Of a stretch of DNA of 64,000 nt, positions 1 through 11,200 are shown one piece after another. The stretch lies in the NCBI GenBank assembly GCA_049860595.1, contig CP187551.1. One strand, given 5' to 3'. Origin of the DNA: Methanocaldococcus sp. 16A. Lineage in GTDB: Archaea > AGJL01 > Methanococci > Methanococcales > Methanocaldococcaceae. The first letter of the stretch is position 1. Every line of letters starts with the position of its first letter. The notes under the pieces were generated by a model, which was not told the origin of the DNA, did no database searches, and worked only from the letters and a program-made list of their open reading frames with translations. Position numbers and translations under genes: made by a program.

Positions 1-1
1 A

Positions 2-289
2 GTTGAATTAAAAGATGTCGCTGATAGAGTAATTATGGGATATGTTCATAAGACGCACAAATTTTTAGATAAAGCATTTGAGTTTTTGAAAAATAAGGGA
101 GTTATACACTATCATGAGACAGTTGCTGAAAAGATTATGTATGAAAGACCTATAGAGAGATTGAAGTTTTATGCCGAAAAAAATGGCTACAAACTTATAG
201 ACTATGAAATTAGAAAAATTAAAAAATATGCCCCAGGCGTTTGGCATGTTGTTGTAGATGCTGAATTTAAATCCTATGCATGTATTTAA
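2..289 (+). CDS. taw2: tRNA wyosine aminocarboxypropyltransferase Taw2/TYW2 (Trm5/Met-10 family), 3' part; 5' end outside window
   Basis: Frame open from base 2. Motifs ADRVIMGY, GVIHYHE and KIKKYAPGVWHVVVD match the Trm5/TYW2 C-terminal domain. Confidence 0.8.
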   Translation, partial: VELKDVADRVIMGYVHKTHKFLDKAFEFLKNKGVIHYHETVAEKIMYERPIERLKFYAEKNGYKLIDYEIRKIKKYAPGVWHVVVDAEFKSYACI

Positions 290-539
290 ATATATCTTCA
301 TGTTGAACAATAACCTTAACTCCTAACTCCTCTCCAGCTTTTTCAAGCTCATTTTTTAGGGTTGTAAAATCTACTTTGGCATTTGATATATCAACAAGCA
401 TAATCATGGCAAATAAATTATCCATAATAGTTTGGCTTATATCCAATATGTTCACATTATTTTCAGCTAAAACCTTTGAAATCCCAGCAACTATTCCAGT
501 TCTATCTTGTCCAATAACTGAAACAACGACTCTACTCAT
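267..539 (-). CDS. ACT-domain protein (UPF0237)
   Basis: 90 aa; ACT signature VSVIGQDRTGIVAGIS...NILDISQT and C-terminal QHEDIFKYMHRI. Confidence 0.9.
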   Translation of the reverse strand: MSRVVVSVIGQDRTGIVAGISKVLAENNVNILDISQTIMDNLFAMIMLVDISNAKVDFTTLKNELEKAGEELGVKVIVQHEDIFKYMHRI

Positions 540-618
540 TTTCTCTCCTCTGTTAAATTTGATTAGTAAGTTATGATTTATACTTAATATATTAGATTTA
601 AAGATTATGGTGGGAATA

Positions 619-1131
619 ATGAGAATATTTATAACTGGAATGCCAGGAGTTGGAAAAACTACATTAGTTTTAAAAATAGCTGAAAAATTAAAAGATTTTG
701 GATATAAAGTTGGAGGATTTATAACAAAAGAAATTAGAAAAGATAGAAAAAGGGTAGGTTTTAAGATAATAACCTTGGATACTAATGAAGATGTTATATT
801 GGCTTATATAGGGAAAGGAAAGATAAAAGTTGGAAAATATTGTGTTTTTGTAGAAAATTTAGACAAAGTTGGTGTTGAAGCAATAAAAAGAGCTTTAGAA
901 GATGCTGATATAATAATTATAGATGAAATAGGCGCTATGGAATTTAAAAGTAAAAAATTTTCTAATGTTGTTAATGAAGTTATTAAAAGTGATAAGCCAT
1001 TATTAGCAACATTACATAGAAACTGGGTAGATAAATTTAAGGATAAAGGAGATATATATACCTTAACTGTTGAAAATAGGGACGAATTGTTTGAAAAAAT
1101 ATTAAATAAAGTGCTGAATGAATTGAAATAA
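619..1131 (+). CDS. Nucleoside triphosphatase, THEP1/NTPase_1 family
   Basis: Walker A GMPGVGKT, GGFIT, Walker B IIIDEIGAME. Start moved to ATG 619 after a GGTGG RBS. Confidence 0.9.
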   Translation: MRIFITGMPGVGKTTLVLKIAEKLKDFGYKVGGFITKEIRKDRKRVGFKIITLDTNEDVILAYIGKGKIKVGKYCVFVENLDKVGVEAIKRALEDADIIIIDEIGAMEFKSKKFSNVVNEVIKSDKPLLATLHRNWVDKFKDKGDIYTLTVENRDELFEKILNKVLNELK

Positions 1132-2292
1132 TTATCTCACTATTCTTAAATAGCTTATAATTCCAACAATAATTGAAAATATTGCTGAAAATTTATACAT
1201 ATTTGCTATCCCCAAAATATCAGCCAAAAATCCAAACGATACTGCACCAATAAACATGCCAATGTTTATACTCGTTGTAAAAATCCCCATAGCTTCTCCT
1301 TTTCTATGTGTTGGAATGTCTTTAACTGCGAGAGATGTTGTTGCAGTGGATGATATTGAGCTACCAACTGCTACAATTATTAAAGAAATTATCATACTCA
1401 AAAAAGTTGTTGAGATTGAAAGCAAATACATTCCAAGAGATATCATAAAAATTCCTATAATTATCATCACATTTCCAAATTTATCATAAAGCTTTCCAAA
1501 ACTTCTTTGAAGCAAAGCCATTAAGATATTTGTTGATGCAATCATAACTCCTACTTGTGATAAAGTTATACCATAGTTAGTTGCATACAATGCCAAATAA
1601 GCAAAAATTCCTGCATTTATCATTACATTAGATGTGTTAATAATAAAAGAAGCCAAAAAATTTCTATTTTTTAAAAATTCAAATGAAAATAAATTGGATA
1701 TATTTTTAGCATCCATCTTTTTTGTATTTTCATTGAAAACAATATCTTCCAACTTCATATAGCTTATAATTGCCGCCAAAATCCCTAAAAATCCACAAAA
1801 GTAAAATGGTGTTTTAATCCCATATATATCTGCAAGAAATCCGCCTATAAAAGGACCTACACCAAAACCTAATGTAATTGCAGAATTAAAGATTCCCATG
1901 TATTCTCCTAATCTTGTTTTTGGAGCTATTGCAGCTATATAAGAACCTGCTACTGGCGTTACAAAGGATGAAAAAATTCCTGTGAAAGTCCTTACAATTA
2001 AAAGACCTAAAACTGTACTAACAAAATTATACATTAAGGTAAAAACTCCATAAAAAAATGTCCCGCAAACAATAAAAAACTTCTTTCCATATATATCAGA
2101 TAAAACTCCAACAGGAATTTGAGCTACTGTTCTCGCTAATGCAAATGAACCAAATATCAAACCAATTTGTAAATTTGTAGCTCCCAATGTTTGGGCATAT
2201 ATCGCCATAATTGGAGCTATAAAACCAACACCAAGCATGGTTGTAAAGGTAGTAATCCAGATAACAAATACATTCTTCTCTAATTTTCCCAT
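1132..2292 (-). CDS. MFS transporter
   Basis: 386 aa, about 12 hydrophobic segments, MFS motif A-like GVLSDIYGKK and GKLYDKFG. Confidence 0.9.
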   Translation of the reverse strand: MGKLEKNVFVIWITTFTTMLGVGFIAPIMAIYAQTLGATNLQIGLIFGSFALARTVAQIPVGVLSDIYGKKFFIVCGTFFYGVFTLMYNFVSTVLGLLIVRTFTGIFSSFVTPVAGSYIAAIAPKTRLGEYMGIFNSAITLGFGVGPFIGGFLADIYGIKTPFYFCGFLGILAAIISYMKLEDIVFNENTKKMDAKNISNLFSFEFLKNRNFLASFIINTSNVMINAGIFAYLALYATNYGITLSQVGVMIASTNILMALLQRSFGKLYDKFGNVMIIIGIFMISLGMYLLSISTTFLSMIISLIIVAVGSSISSTATTSLAVKDIPTHRKGEAMGIFTTSINIGMFIGAVSFGFLADILGIANMYKFSAIFSIIVGIISYLRIVR

Positions 2293-2374
2293 AAAACCAC
2301 CTAAACATCAAAATAAAAAATAATAATTTTAAAATTAATAAAATTAAAATTAAAAAAGGAAAAATAAATTATTT

Positions 2375-4042
2375 TTATTGTTCTTTTATTCTATTTTTTC
2401 TTCTAAATTTATATCCTACAGCTAATACAATGGCAATAACTGCTATTATTCCAAACAATATCCAATAACTTCTTGAATTTGGGTTATTAACTACTATAAC
2501 CTTTAACGGCTCTTGATAGACATAGACGTTGTCATCTCCCTCTTCACTATCTCCTGCACATCTTATTTCAATAGTTATTATATAAGGTTTTGATTTGGCA
2601 GATTTATCTACATCTATAACTATAGCTCCTGTTCCTGTTTGGTTAGGGTAAAGAGTTCCTATAGAATCACTTTTAATCGGATAATCAAAAGGCTGTCCAG
2701 AGTTTCTAATTGCTGAAATCTTAACTCTCTCTGCCTTCTCACTTCCTATATTTTTTATTTTTATATAAACGGTGTTTTCTTTTCCAGCAGTTACATTAAC
2801 TTCTTTTGTTATAATCTCAAATAATGGCTTTGGTTTAACATAGATATCTATTGTTTTTTCAGTTTTGTATTCTTTATCTGAGGGGTCTAAATAGCTAATT
2901 TCAATTGGAAGCTTATAGTGTTTAGCGGAGGCATATTTATCTACATCTACATAGAAAGAAACTGTTTTTGAAACTCCTGGTAATAAGTTGCCAACATCTT
3001 TTATATTACAGTTGCTCCAGCTATCTTTAAATGGATTATTCGCTATTAATTTTAATTTAACATCCTTCGCCTCTGCATGGCCATTGTTAGTTATTGTTAC
3101 ATCAATTCTCACATAGGTTGTTCCTGGCTTTATCTCTTTTGGGTCAGTAACAACATTTGATATTCCCAATAAGATATCTCCTTTTACATAAGCTCCAATA
3201 GATATTTGCTCTGCCCTTTTTGTTCCATCTTCATCTATCCATGTAATCACTGCTGGGATTTGATAACAGCCATCAACTAAATTGCTTGCGGTGTGTAATT
3301 TTAAATTAATTACTCTACTATCATCAGGTTTTAAAGCTCCTAAGTAATACTTTGTTTCTCCAACTGGTGAGATTGGTAGATTAGATATAGGAATAGGGGT
3401 TGGGTAGTAAATAGTTTCTTCTATGTTTTTTGTTGTTCCGTAAGCAGAGATAGTTGTTGATTCAGTTCCGGCATTAATTGAGTTTAAAGAATATCCAATA
3501 TACAGATTAACTTCTTTAGCTGTCCCTGTTCCAGTATTTTTAATTATAATTGGAACTGTTTGAGTTTTTGAAGGAATTAAGCTAAAATTCCCATTAATCT
3601 CAAAACTTGCAATTCCATAAACTGGGAGATAATATGGTTTAGTAAATTCATAGTGATGAGTTATCTCTTCACCATTTTCTTTATCAACCTCATCATAACT
3701 TACTTTTACATCTATTCTATAATCTCTTGAAGGAGCATTCTCATCTACATGTAGTTTGAAATATACAGTATCTGATTCTCCAGGATTTAGATGGCTAATT
3801 GTTGCTCTCCCTTTAATTGGATTTACTTGCTTTAACTCAAATGGATAATGTGGAGATATCTCAACAACTATATTTTTCACTTCATTATCATAATTATTAT
3901 TAGTTATTTTAATCCACAAATCTACATCATCCCCTGGATGAATAATATTTGGCTGATACTGGATTTCATCTACTTGTAAAGCATAAACACTTGAAATAAA
4001 AACTAAAGATAATAAAAATATTTTTATTTTATTGGTTATCAT
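2375..4042 (-). CDS. COG1361-type S-layer-domain protein, accessory to the MMPL/RND exporter
   Basis: N-terminal signal peptide, repeated Ig-like units (IKNTGTGTAKEV, GxLxPG) and a C-terminal TM helix with basic tail. Confidence 0.8.
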   Translation of the reverse strand: MITNKIKIFLLSLVFISSVYALQVDEIQYQPNIIHPGDDVDLWIKITNNNYDNEVKNIVVEISPHYPFELKQVNPIKGRATISHLNPGESDTVYFKLHVDENAPSRDYRIDVKVSYDEVDKENGEEITHHYEFTKPYYLPVYGIASFEINGNFSLIPSKTQTVPIIIKNTGTGTAKEVNLYIGYSLNSINAGTESTTISAYGTTKNIEETIYYPTPIPISNLPISPVGETKYYLGALKPDDSRVINLKLHTASNLVDGCYQIPAVITWIDEDGTKRAEQISIGAYVKGDILLGISNVVTDPKEIKPGTTYVRIDVTITNNGHAEAKDVKLKLIANNPFKDSWSNCNIKDVGNLLPGVSKTVSFYVDVDKYASAKHYKLPIEISYLDPSDKEYKTEKTIDIYVKPKPLFEIITKEVNVTAGKENTVYIKIKNIGSEKAERVKISAIRNSGQPFDYPIKSDSIGTLYPNQTGTGAIVIDVDKSAKSKPYIITIEIRCAGDSEEGDDNVYVYQEPLKVIVVNNPNSRSYWILFGIIAVIAIVLAVGYKFRRKNRIKEQ

Positions 4043-5193
4043 TAGACATCACCTTTTAATCTCTTAATAAATTGCATTATGTATTTTTCTTCAATAACAA
4101 TCAAAGCTGGTAATAATGTAAGAACAACAACCATACAGAATGTTATCCCTAAAGCACAGACCTTTCCTAAGTTTGCCATCATTGGTAATGGAGCTAAAAC
4201 CAAAGCTAAGAAACCAACTACTGTTGTTGCTGTTGTAGCCATAACTGCAGTTCCTGTTTCAACTACAGCTGTTTCTATTGCCTTATCTATTGAAGCTCCT
4301 TTTTTTCTTTCTTCATCATACCTATGCATCAAATGGATACCATAATCAATACCCAACCCTAATATTAGAGAGCCAATTCCAGCCGTTGCCATATCCAACG
4401 GAATATCTAAAAGCCCCATAGCCCCTCCAGTCCATATAACAGCTATAAGCACTGGTAAGAGAGGCATTATTGAAGATAAAGGCTTTCTGAAGTAGATAAT
4501 TAATATTATTAAAATCCCAATTAGACCTACTGTCGTTGTAAATCTCTGGCTTTCTTTCATCAACTCATCCAACAATTTTCTCATTGGAGGAGTTCCTGTT
4601 GCTATAACTTCAACTCCTGGAGGAAAGGGAGTATCTTCAATTCTTTCATTCACATCCTCCATAACTCTCATGAGCTTTTTCTGGTCTCCCCCTGCATCTG
4701 TATAAGCATTAACAATAGTCATTGAATAATCAGAATTGAATATCTTCTTTCTCTCATCTTCTGGAAGCTTAGATAGAATATTTTTAACTGTATCTATGTC
4801 ATTTGGCACAACACCATTATTTTTTTGAATTATAATATCAACAGGAGAATTTACATTAGTTATTCCATCCACATATCGTAAATTGTCTTCCAATTCTTTA
4901 ATTGCCTTCAAAACTCTTGGGTCTCTTATATCAACAACTTTATCACTGCTATCCGAAGGTTTTAGTTTTATACAAATAGTTATGACATCAGTTCCCCCAA
5001 ATTCATCCCTAACTTCATATAAAGTTTTTATTATAGGATTATCTTGAGGAAGCATTTTCTCAAAGGCTGTTTGGGATTTAACATTAGTTGCTGATACCCC
5101 AGCAAATACTGTTATAATTAAGATGATTAGAAGCATTAAGAATGGCTTTTGTTCGGAAAAATGAGCAACTTTTTTTAATATTTCTCTAAGCAT
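4042..5193 (-). CDS. MMPL/RND (HAE3) family half-size transporter
   Basis: GLGIDYGIH motif, TTTVVGFLAL, extracellular loop after TM1. Start placed at ATG 5193. Confidence 0.88.
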   Translation of the reverse strand: MLREILKKVAHFSEQKPFLMLLIILIITVFAGVSATNVKSQTAFEKMLPQDNPIIKTLYEVRDEFGGTDVITICIKLKPSDSSDKVVDIRDPRVLKAIKELEDNLRYVDGITNVNSPVDIIIQKNNGVVPNDIDTVKNILSKLPEDERKKIFNSDYSMTIVNAYTDAGGDQKKLMRVMEDVNERIEDTPFPPGVEVIATGTPPMRKLLDELMKESQRFTTTVGLIGILIILIIYFRKPLSSIMPLLPVLIAVIWTGGAMGLLDIPLDMATAGIGSLILGLGIDYGIHLMHRYDEERKKGASIDKAIETAVVETGTAVMATTATTVVGFLALVLAPLPMMANLGKVCALGITFCMVVVLTLLPALIVIEEKYIMQFIKRLKGDV

Positions 5194-5215
5194 CAATACC
5201 ACCATTATAAAAAAA

Positions 5216-6267
<1,052 letters not shown>

Positions 6268-6286
6268 AATATCACCAGTTTAGAAT

Positions 6287-6304
6287 GTTCAAAAATTTTT
6301 GAAC
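6287..6304. promoter_or_regulatory. Perfect 18-bp palindrome GTTCAAAAATTTTTGAAC, candidate operator of the GbsR-type regulator
   Basis: Lies between a minus-strand TATA-like box (~6331-6338) and the GGTGAT RBS (6271-6276) of the fmdE-gbsR-MMPL operon. Confidence 0.65.
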
Positions 6305-6463
6305 TAATTGAATAAAATGTAATTAATGGAAATATATAGGCTTTACTAAAATCAGTTAAATTAAATATTAAAACCTATAATTAAAAATAATTAAAAAGAT
6401 GAAAAAGTTATTTGTATCCTTATAGCTTTTTATTTATTATAAACAAAAACATAAGGTGATGTT

Positions 6464-6967
6464 ATGGAAGTCATAATTAAAGCAAAAGTAAAACCAACTG
6501 AAGACAAATACAAAGTTAAAAAAGCTATCTTAAATATATTTCCAAGGGCAAAACTAAACTTTATTAAAGAAGATAACGAGTTTGGAAAATGGGAGGGAAA
6601 AACTAAGAATGTAGAGAAGCTAAAGGAGCTTTTAAGAAGTCAAGCAATATTAGATGCTGCAAGAATGGTTTTAGAGAAAGGAATGACAGAAAATTCAACT
6701 AAATTTTATTTAAATAAACAGGCAGCCTATGTAGGAGCTGTGAATTTTGACATAGACACACATGGTGGAATATTTGTTAAGATAATCGCTGATGAAAATG
6801 AAGACATTATGAAGATAATTAAAGACATCGCCCCAAGAACTAAAGGAGGAGTTATAATTAACGAAGATGAATTAGAAAATGAAGAAGAAAAAGAAGAGAC
6901 TGAGGAAGTTAAAGATGAAGATAGCAATTTAAAAATAAAAATAATAGATAATTCAGCCGGTGATTAG
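6464..6967 (+). CDS. UPF0201/DUF54 putative RNA-binding protein
   Basis: VKPTEDKYKVKKAILNIFP, LRSQAILDAAR, LNKQAAYVG, IAPRTKGG; acidic tail. Confidence 0.85.
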   Translation: MEVIIKAKVKPTEDKYKVKKAILNIFPRAKLNFIKEDNEFGKWEGKTKNVEKLKELLRSQAILDAARMVLEKGMTENSTKFYLNKQAAYVGAVNFDIDTHGGIFVKIIADENEDIMKIIKDIAPRTKGGVIINEDELENEEEKEETEEVKDEDSNLKIKIIDNSAGD

Positions 6968-8515
6968 ATGAACAATAATGAAATTATTGGATACACAATA
7001 GGAGAAACAAGGATTGATGAACTAACATTTTTGGCTAAAGAAGCTCCTAAAGTAGGGGATTATGTTAAAATAAATTATGACAACTCTGAGCTATTAGGAA
7101 TGGTTGAAAGCACAATTCAAGGAAACATGGCTTTAGAAGATATTTTAAGTATAGAGCATTTAGAGAAGATTAGAGAATTTGAAGATAATTCCTCTTATTA
7201 TATTTTAGGAAAGATAAAAGTTTTAGGGGATATTAGGGAATTAAATAATAAAAATGGGGCTTTAAAGTTGCCAAGAGTTCCACCAAAGCCAGGAATACCA
7301 ATTTATAGAGCAGATGATAATATATTAAAAAAGGTTTTTGGTAATGGACATTTAAAAATAGGGCATTTAGTTACAAGAGAGGATGTTGAAGTTAAGTTAG
7401 ATGCAAATAAATTATGTTCAAGGCATTTGGCAATATTGGCAATGACTGGGATGGGTAAATCAAATACTGTAGCTGTTTTGTTGAGAGAGCTAAATAAGCT
7501 TAAAGCAACTGTTTTAGTTTTTGATATGCATGGAGAGTATAGAGACATATATTGTGAAAGTGAAAAACTTAGAGTTCATGTTATTGAGCCAAAGATAAAC
7601 ATCTATAGAATAAATGATGATGATTTATGTGATTTGGCTGGCGTAGATGTTCAAGCAACAAAGCAAAGGCCATACATAAGAAAGGCGATTAAAGAAATTA
7701 AAGAGAAATTTAAGGAAAGTGATTTCAGCACAGTTGAAGAATATGTAAATGCAATTATTGGAAAGTTAGAAGAATATAAGGTAGATGACAACTATAAAAA
7801 AGATGAAAGCAGCATACAAACAGCGATATTTAGATTGGAAGATATGTTGCAGTTTAGGAAAAATATTATAACTCTCCACTATAATCCAATAAATGACATT
7901 AGAGAGCATTATATCAACATAATTCCAATGGAAGAATTGGATGAGAACGCTGTAGATATTGTTGTTTCATATATAGCAAAGGCAGTTTTAGATGATAGAA
8001 AAAGGATTATTATAGAGAGAGGAAGAGATTTTGCAAAACCAATATTCATGATTTTTGAAGAAGCTCATTTAATAGCCCCACAAAATAGAAAAACAAGGGC
8101 TAAGTATTATTTAAGCAGAATAGCAAGAGAGGGTAGAAAGTTTGGAGTGGGCTTATGTTTAGTTTCACAAAGACCTAAAACCTTAGATGCTGAAACTTTA
8201 TCACAGTGTTCTAACTTAATAATATCTAAGCTTATTGAGCCAACTGACCAAAAACATGTTCAAATGGCTTCAGAAAATTTGAGTGAAGATTTGGTTAAAC
8301 AATTAACAAGCTTAAACATTGGAGAAGCTATAATATTAGGACCTTGTATAAAAGTACCTGCAATAGTTAAAGTAGATAAATTTGATGGAAAATATGGAGG
8401 AGAAGATTTAAAAATTGTTGAACTTTGGGAAAAAGATTATATAGAATCAATAAATACAAAAAAATCTGATAAAATAGACGATAGTGCATTTGGAGATGAT
8501 GATTTATTTTCTTAA
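6968..8515 (+). CDS. herA: HerA-family ATPase/helicase (HAS barrel + DUF87)
   Basis: HLAILAMTGMGKS (Walker A), FDMHGEY, FEEAH (Walker B), IAREGRKFG, SQRP. Confidence 0.85.
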   Translation: MNNNEIIGYTIGETRIDELTFLAKEAPKVGDYVKINYDNSELLGMVESTIQGNMALEDILSIEHLEKIREFEDNSSYYILGKIKVLGDIRELNNKNGALKLPRVPPKPGIPIYRADDNILKKVFGNGHLKIGHLVTREDVEVKLDANKLCSRHLAILAMTGMGKSNTVAVLLRELNKLKATVLVFDMHGEYRDIYCESEKLRVHVIEPKINIYRINDDDLCDLAGVDVQATKQRPYIRKAIKEIKEKFKESDFSTVEEYVNAIIGKLEEYKVDDNYKKDESSIQTAIFRLEDMLQFRKNIITLHYNPINDIREHYINIIPMEELDENAVDIVVSYIAKAVLDDRKRIIIERGRDFAKPIFMIFEEAHLIAPQNRKTRAKYYLSRIAREGRKFGVGLCLVSQRPKTLDAETLSQCSNLIISKLIEPTDQKHVQMASENLSEDLVKQLTSLNIGEAIILGPCIKVPAIVKVDKFDGKYGGEDLKIVELWEKDYIESINTKKSDKIDDSAFGDDDLFS

Positions 8516-9847
8516 TATTTTCTTTTTCCTATGCTCAATAATAATCTTTCCAATGTAAATTCCAAGTATTGTAACAGACAACATTATCCAAAAATCTAAT
8601 GGAAATCCAAATATTTTAGTGTGATGCAATATCTCCTCCTTCCCAGAAGTTAATAGCAAAACATGAGCTGCTTCCAAAGCATAGACACCAAAAATACCAA
8701 TCTCTAAAACTTCCATTGCCTCTCCAATAGCTACTTGATATTTGGTATTTTCAGCTAATTGATTAGCAATCTTTCTTTCTAAATCTTCAGATATAGTTGT
8801 TAACAACCTTGTTAAGCTTGTTGCCAGGCTACTATTACTTGCTAAAATGTTTTCTATCTCTGCAATTCTATAAATAAGACGTTTTAACTTTCTTTCCGCA
8901 TCAACTTTCTCCAAAATCATTAAATCAAAATCTCCAAAGTTTGGAGGATATGAGGAGTTTAAAAATTCAATAATTTCTTTTAAATATCCACAAGTAATCT
9001 CTATAACTGATAGTTCTCTATCTATCCTACTTAACTCTCCTCTAATTTCAGTTATGTCTTCTAAATCTACACCTGATTCTAAAGTATTACTAATAACTTC
9101 CAACTTTGATGCTATAGTGTTGAGTTTAAAGAATAAATCTCTTGAAACTCCAGTAATACTCCTTATAAATGGATAGTAGTAGATGAACTTTTCAAATTTC
9201 TCTGGGTTTGGATTGGAGATTAAGATTCCAAAGTCTCCAAAGATTATTAAGCCATCATCTACCTCAATTACATTTTTAACTGCTCCAATAACTTGACTAA
9301 TCTCTACCAAAGTTTTTTCATTTATGTCTATTTTTGTTTCTGTTAAAATGGTAACATGCTTATAAACTTTTATTTCTCCATATAATGTCTCTAAGATATA
9401 TCTTTGTGGTGGAGCAATTAAATGAGATATAATTCTTGAAGAATCTAAGATTAAATCAGGGATTATAAATGAGAGGTTGTCTAAGCTTATAAAATCCTCT
9501 TCATTTTCAGCTTTAGTTATTTCAGATGCATAAATACATCTTCCAAGGTAATCAACATATATAAAAACATCCTTCTTCCCTTCTCCTTTCATTTCAGCAG
9601 TGAATTTTACAGAAGTTTCTGGAATAAAATCAATAATATTTACTGTTGTTTGATATTCAGTAGTTTCAAAAATTGCTTTATCCCTTATATCTCTTTTCTT
9701 TGATGCTGTGAAATATTTAATTCTCTTTCTTTGATACTCCTTCAAAGTAATCCTATCTATGAATTCTGTCATGTAGTTTTTACCAAAAGGAATCCACTCA
9801 GTCAAAATTACCTTTGGATTTTTTATTTTCACAGCCCTGTATCCCAT
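8504..9847 (-). CDS. Conserved hypothetical membrane protein (soluble N-domain, long helices, two C-terminal TM segments)
   Basis: 447-aa ORF with two hydrophobic segments near the C-terminus and a basic tail. Confidence 0.7.
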   Translation of the reverse strand: MGYRAVKIKNPKVILTEWIPFGKNYMTEFIDRITLKEYQRKRIKYFTASKKRDIRDKAIFETTEYQTTVNIIDFIPETSVKFTAEMKGEGKKDVFIYVDYLGRCIYASEITKAENEEDFISLDNLSFIIPDLILDSSRIISHLIAPPQRYILETLYGEIKVYKHVTILTETKIDINEKTLVEISQVIGAVKNVIEVDDGLIIFGDFGILISNPNPEKFEKFIYYYPFIRSITGVSRDLFFKLNTIASKLEVISNTLESGVDLEDITEIRGELSRIDRELSVIEITCGYLKEIIEFLNSSYPPNFGDFDLMILEKVDAERKLKRLIYRIAEIENILASNSSLATSLTRLLTTISEDLERKIANQLAENTKYQVAIGEAMEVLEIGIFGVYALEAAHVLLLTSGKEEILHHTKIFGFPLDFWIMLSVTILGIYIGKIIIEHRKKKILRK

Positions 9848-10359
9848 AATGATACCTTCATTATGTAGCTTTTTGATTTGTAGCTGATTTTATCAATGTT
9901 TGTAATTTTTATCTCTATGTTTTCTTCTTTTTTTGATTTTATTATTATCCCATCTTCAGTAATTTGAATTTCTTTTAAATATCCATTTTCTAATAATGTA
10001 TTATCAATTATTTCTTTATCTTTTTGGCTAAAATTGTAATCTATCTTTTTTCCAATGCTATATCCAATAATAAATTCATTTAAACCTCTAACTGATAACA
10101 AAATCTCATTTAAATAGTTGTTATCTAAAAGGTAGTTTAAATCGTTTATTGCATCGTAAGAGATATTTATGAATTTTATATTATCTTCCCACATAAACGG
10201 TGTTGGAGCATAGTCATATTCTTTAAAAACATCCAATTTTATAAAATAATATATAAGAGCATATAAAACTGTTTGTTTTATCCACTTCTTATTGTCTCCA
10301 TTTGTTAATAAGTTGATGATGTAGTGTATCTTTTGCCTGTTTTCATTCATTGCTACCAC
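9829..10359 (-). CDS. Hypothetical protein (possible winged helix)
   Basis: 176-aa ORF overlapping both neighbours in one operon. Confidence 0.7.
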   Translation of the reverse strand: MVAMNENRQKIHYIINLLTNGDNKKWIKQTVLYALIYYFIKLDVFKEYDYAPTPFMWEDNIKFINISYDAINDLNYLLDNNYLNEILLSVRGLNEFIIGYSIGKKIDYNFSQKDKEIIDNTLLENGYLKEIQITEDGIIIKSKKEENIEIKITNIDKISYKSKSYIMKVSLWDTGL

Positions 10360-10874
10360 TCATTAATAACTTCATATATAGGGCCGTTTGGAGTTAAAGT
10401 TGATTTATAAAGCTTTATGTGTTTTGCTTCAAATTCTCCAAAGTCAATATCTTTATATTTCTCAATTCTATCTTTTAATTTTTTCTTATTGTCAATGAAT
10501 TTAACTCTTCCTATTGTTAAATGTGGAACATATTCTCTCTCTTTTTTAAATCCTAAGTTTGATAGTTTTTTATCAATGTTTTTAAAAATCTCTATAAGTT
10601 TCTCATTCTCAGCTCCAATCCAAATAACTCTTATATAGTTAGAGTTTGGGAAAGTTCCAATGTGTTTTAATTTTATTTTTATTGGCTCAATTGATAAATC
10701 CAAATCCAATATTTCTTTTAATTTTTCTTCATCAACTTCTCCCAAAAATTTAACTGTTATATGCAGATTCTCTTTTTCAACTAACTTTATCCCTTTCATT
10801 TTAAAATGCTCCTGAAATTTGGCAATCTCTTCTTTTAAATTTTCTGGAATATCTATAGCTAAAAATAATCTCAT
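10353..10874 (-). CDS. thpR: RNA 2',3'-cyclic phosphodiesterase (2H family, LigT/ThpR)
   Basis: MRLFLAID start, two HxT motifs ([15 protein letters not shown]), LTPNGPIY. Confidence 0.92.
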   Translation of the reverse strand: MRLFLAIDIPENLKEEIAKFQEHFKMKGIKLVEKENLHITVKFLGEVDEEKLKEILDLDLSIEPIKIKLKHIGTFPNSNYIRVIWIGAENEKLIEIFKNIDKKLSNLGFKKEREYVPHLTIGRVKFIDNKKKLKDRIEKYKDIDFGEFEAKHIKLYKSTLTPNGPIYEVINEW

Positions 10875-10882
10875 ACTACCCC

Positions 10883-11035
10883 TCAATATCTTATTAATAT
10901 AGGAATTCCATCAACTATATCATAAGCTCTATTGCATTTTTTACATATTAACTTATTTTTGTCCTTATCTAAATATAAATCTCCTCTGCAATAGGGACAT
11001 TGTAATATTTCTATATATTTCTCAATCCAATTCAT
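10883..11035 (-). CDS. Trm112-family small Zn-ribbon protein (50 aa, absent from ORF track)
   Basis: Manual translation: MNWIEKYIEILQCPYCRGDLYLDKDKNKLICKKCNRAYDIVDGIPILIRY*. Two CxxC plus the DGIPIL signature; GTGGGA RBS-like site upstream. Confidence 0.85.
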   Translation of the reverse strand: MNWIEKYIEILQCPYCRGDLYLDKDKNKLICKKCNRAYDIVDGIPILIRY

Positions 11036-11126
11036 GGTATCCCACTATTTCTTTATTAACAAACTTTTAAATTTTATAATAATATTCTTTATCTTAATTC
11101 AAGACATTTTTAATAAAAATTTAACA

Positions 11127-11184
11127 AAAAAGTTTAAATAGTATTAAATACATTAAGTATGATGTTAATAGATTTGAGTAATAA
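11127..11184 (+). promoter_or_regulatory. cbiM promoter (BRE/TATA TTTAAATA at 11133-11140) with candidate NikR-type site GTATGA-N16-TAATAA (11157-11184)
   Basis: Half-sites and spacing resemble the E. coli NikR operator GTATGA-N16-TCATAC. AT-rich context lowers specificity. Confidence 0.4.
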
Positions 11185-11200
11185 TTAAAAGGGTGGTAGA

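Noticed and set aside
267-289. Convergent 3' overlap of taw2 and the ACT gene
   Set aside because: Short tail-to-tail overlaps are common in compact archaeal genomes.
6968-8515. HerA as part of an anti-phage system (Sir2-HerA type)
   Set aside because: It has a HAS barrel, sits in a housekeeping context and has no adjacent effector or nuclease gene.
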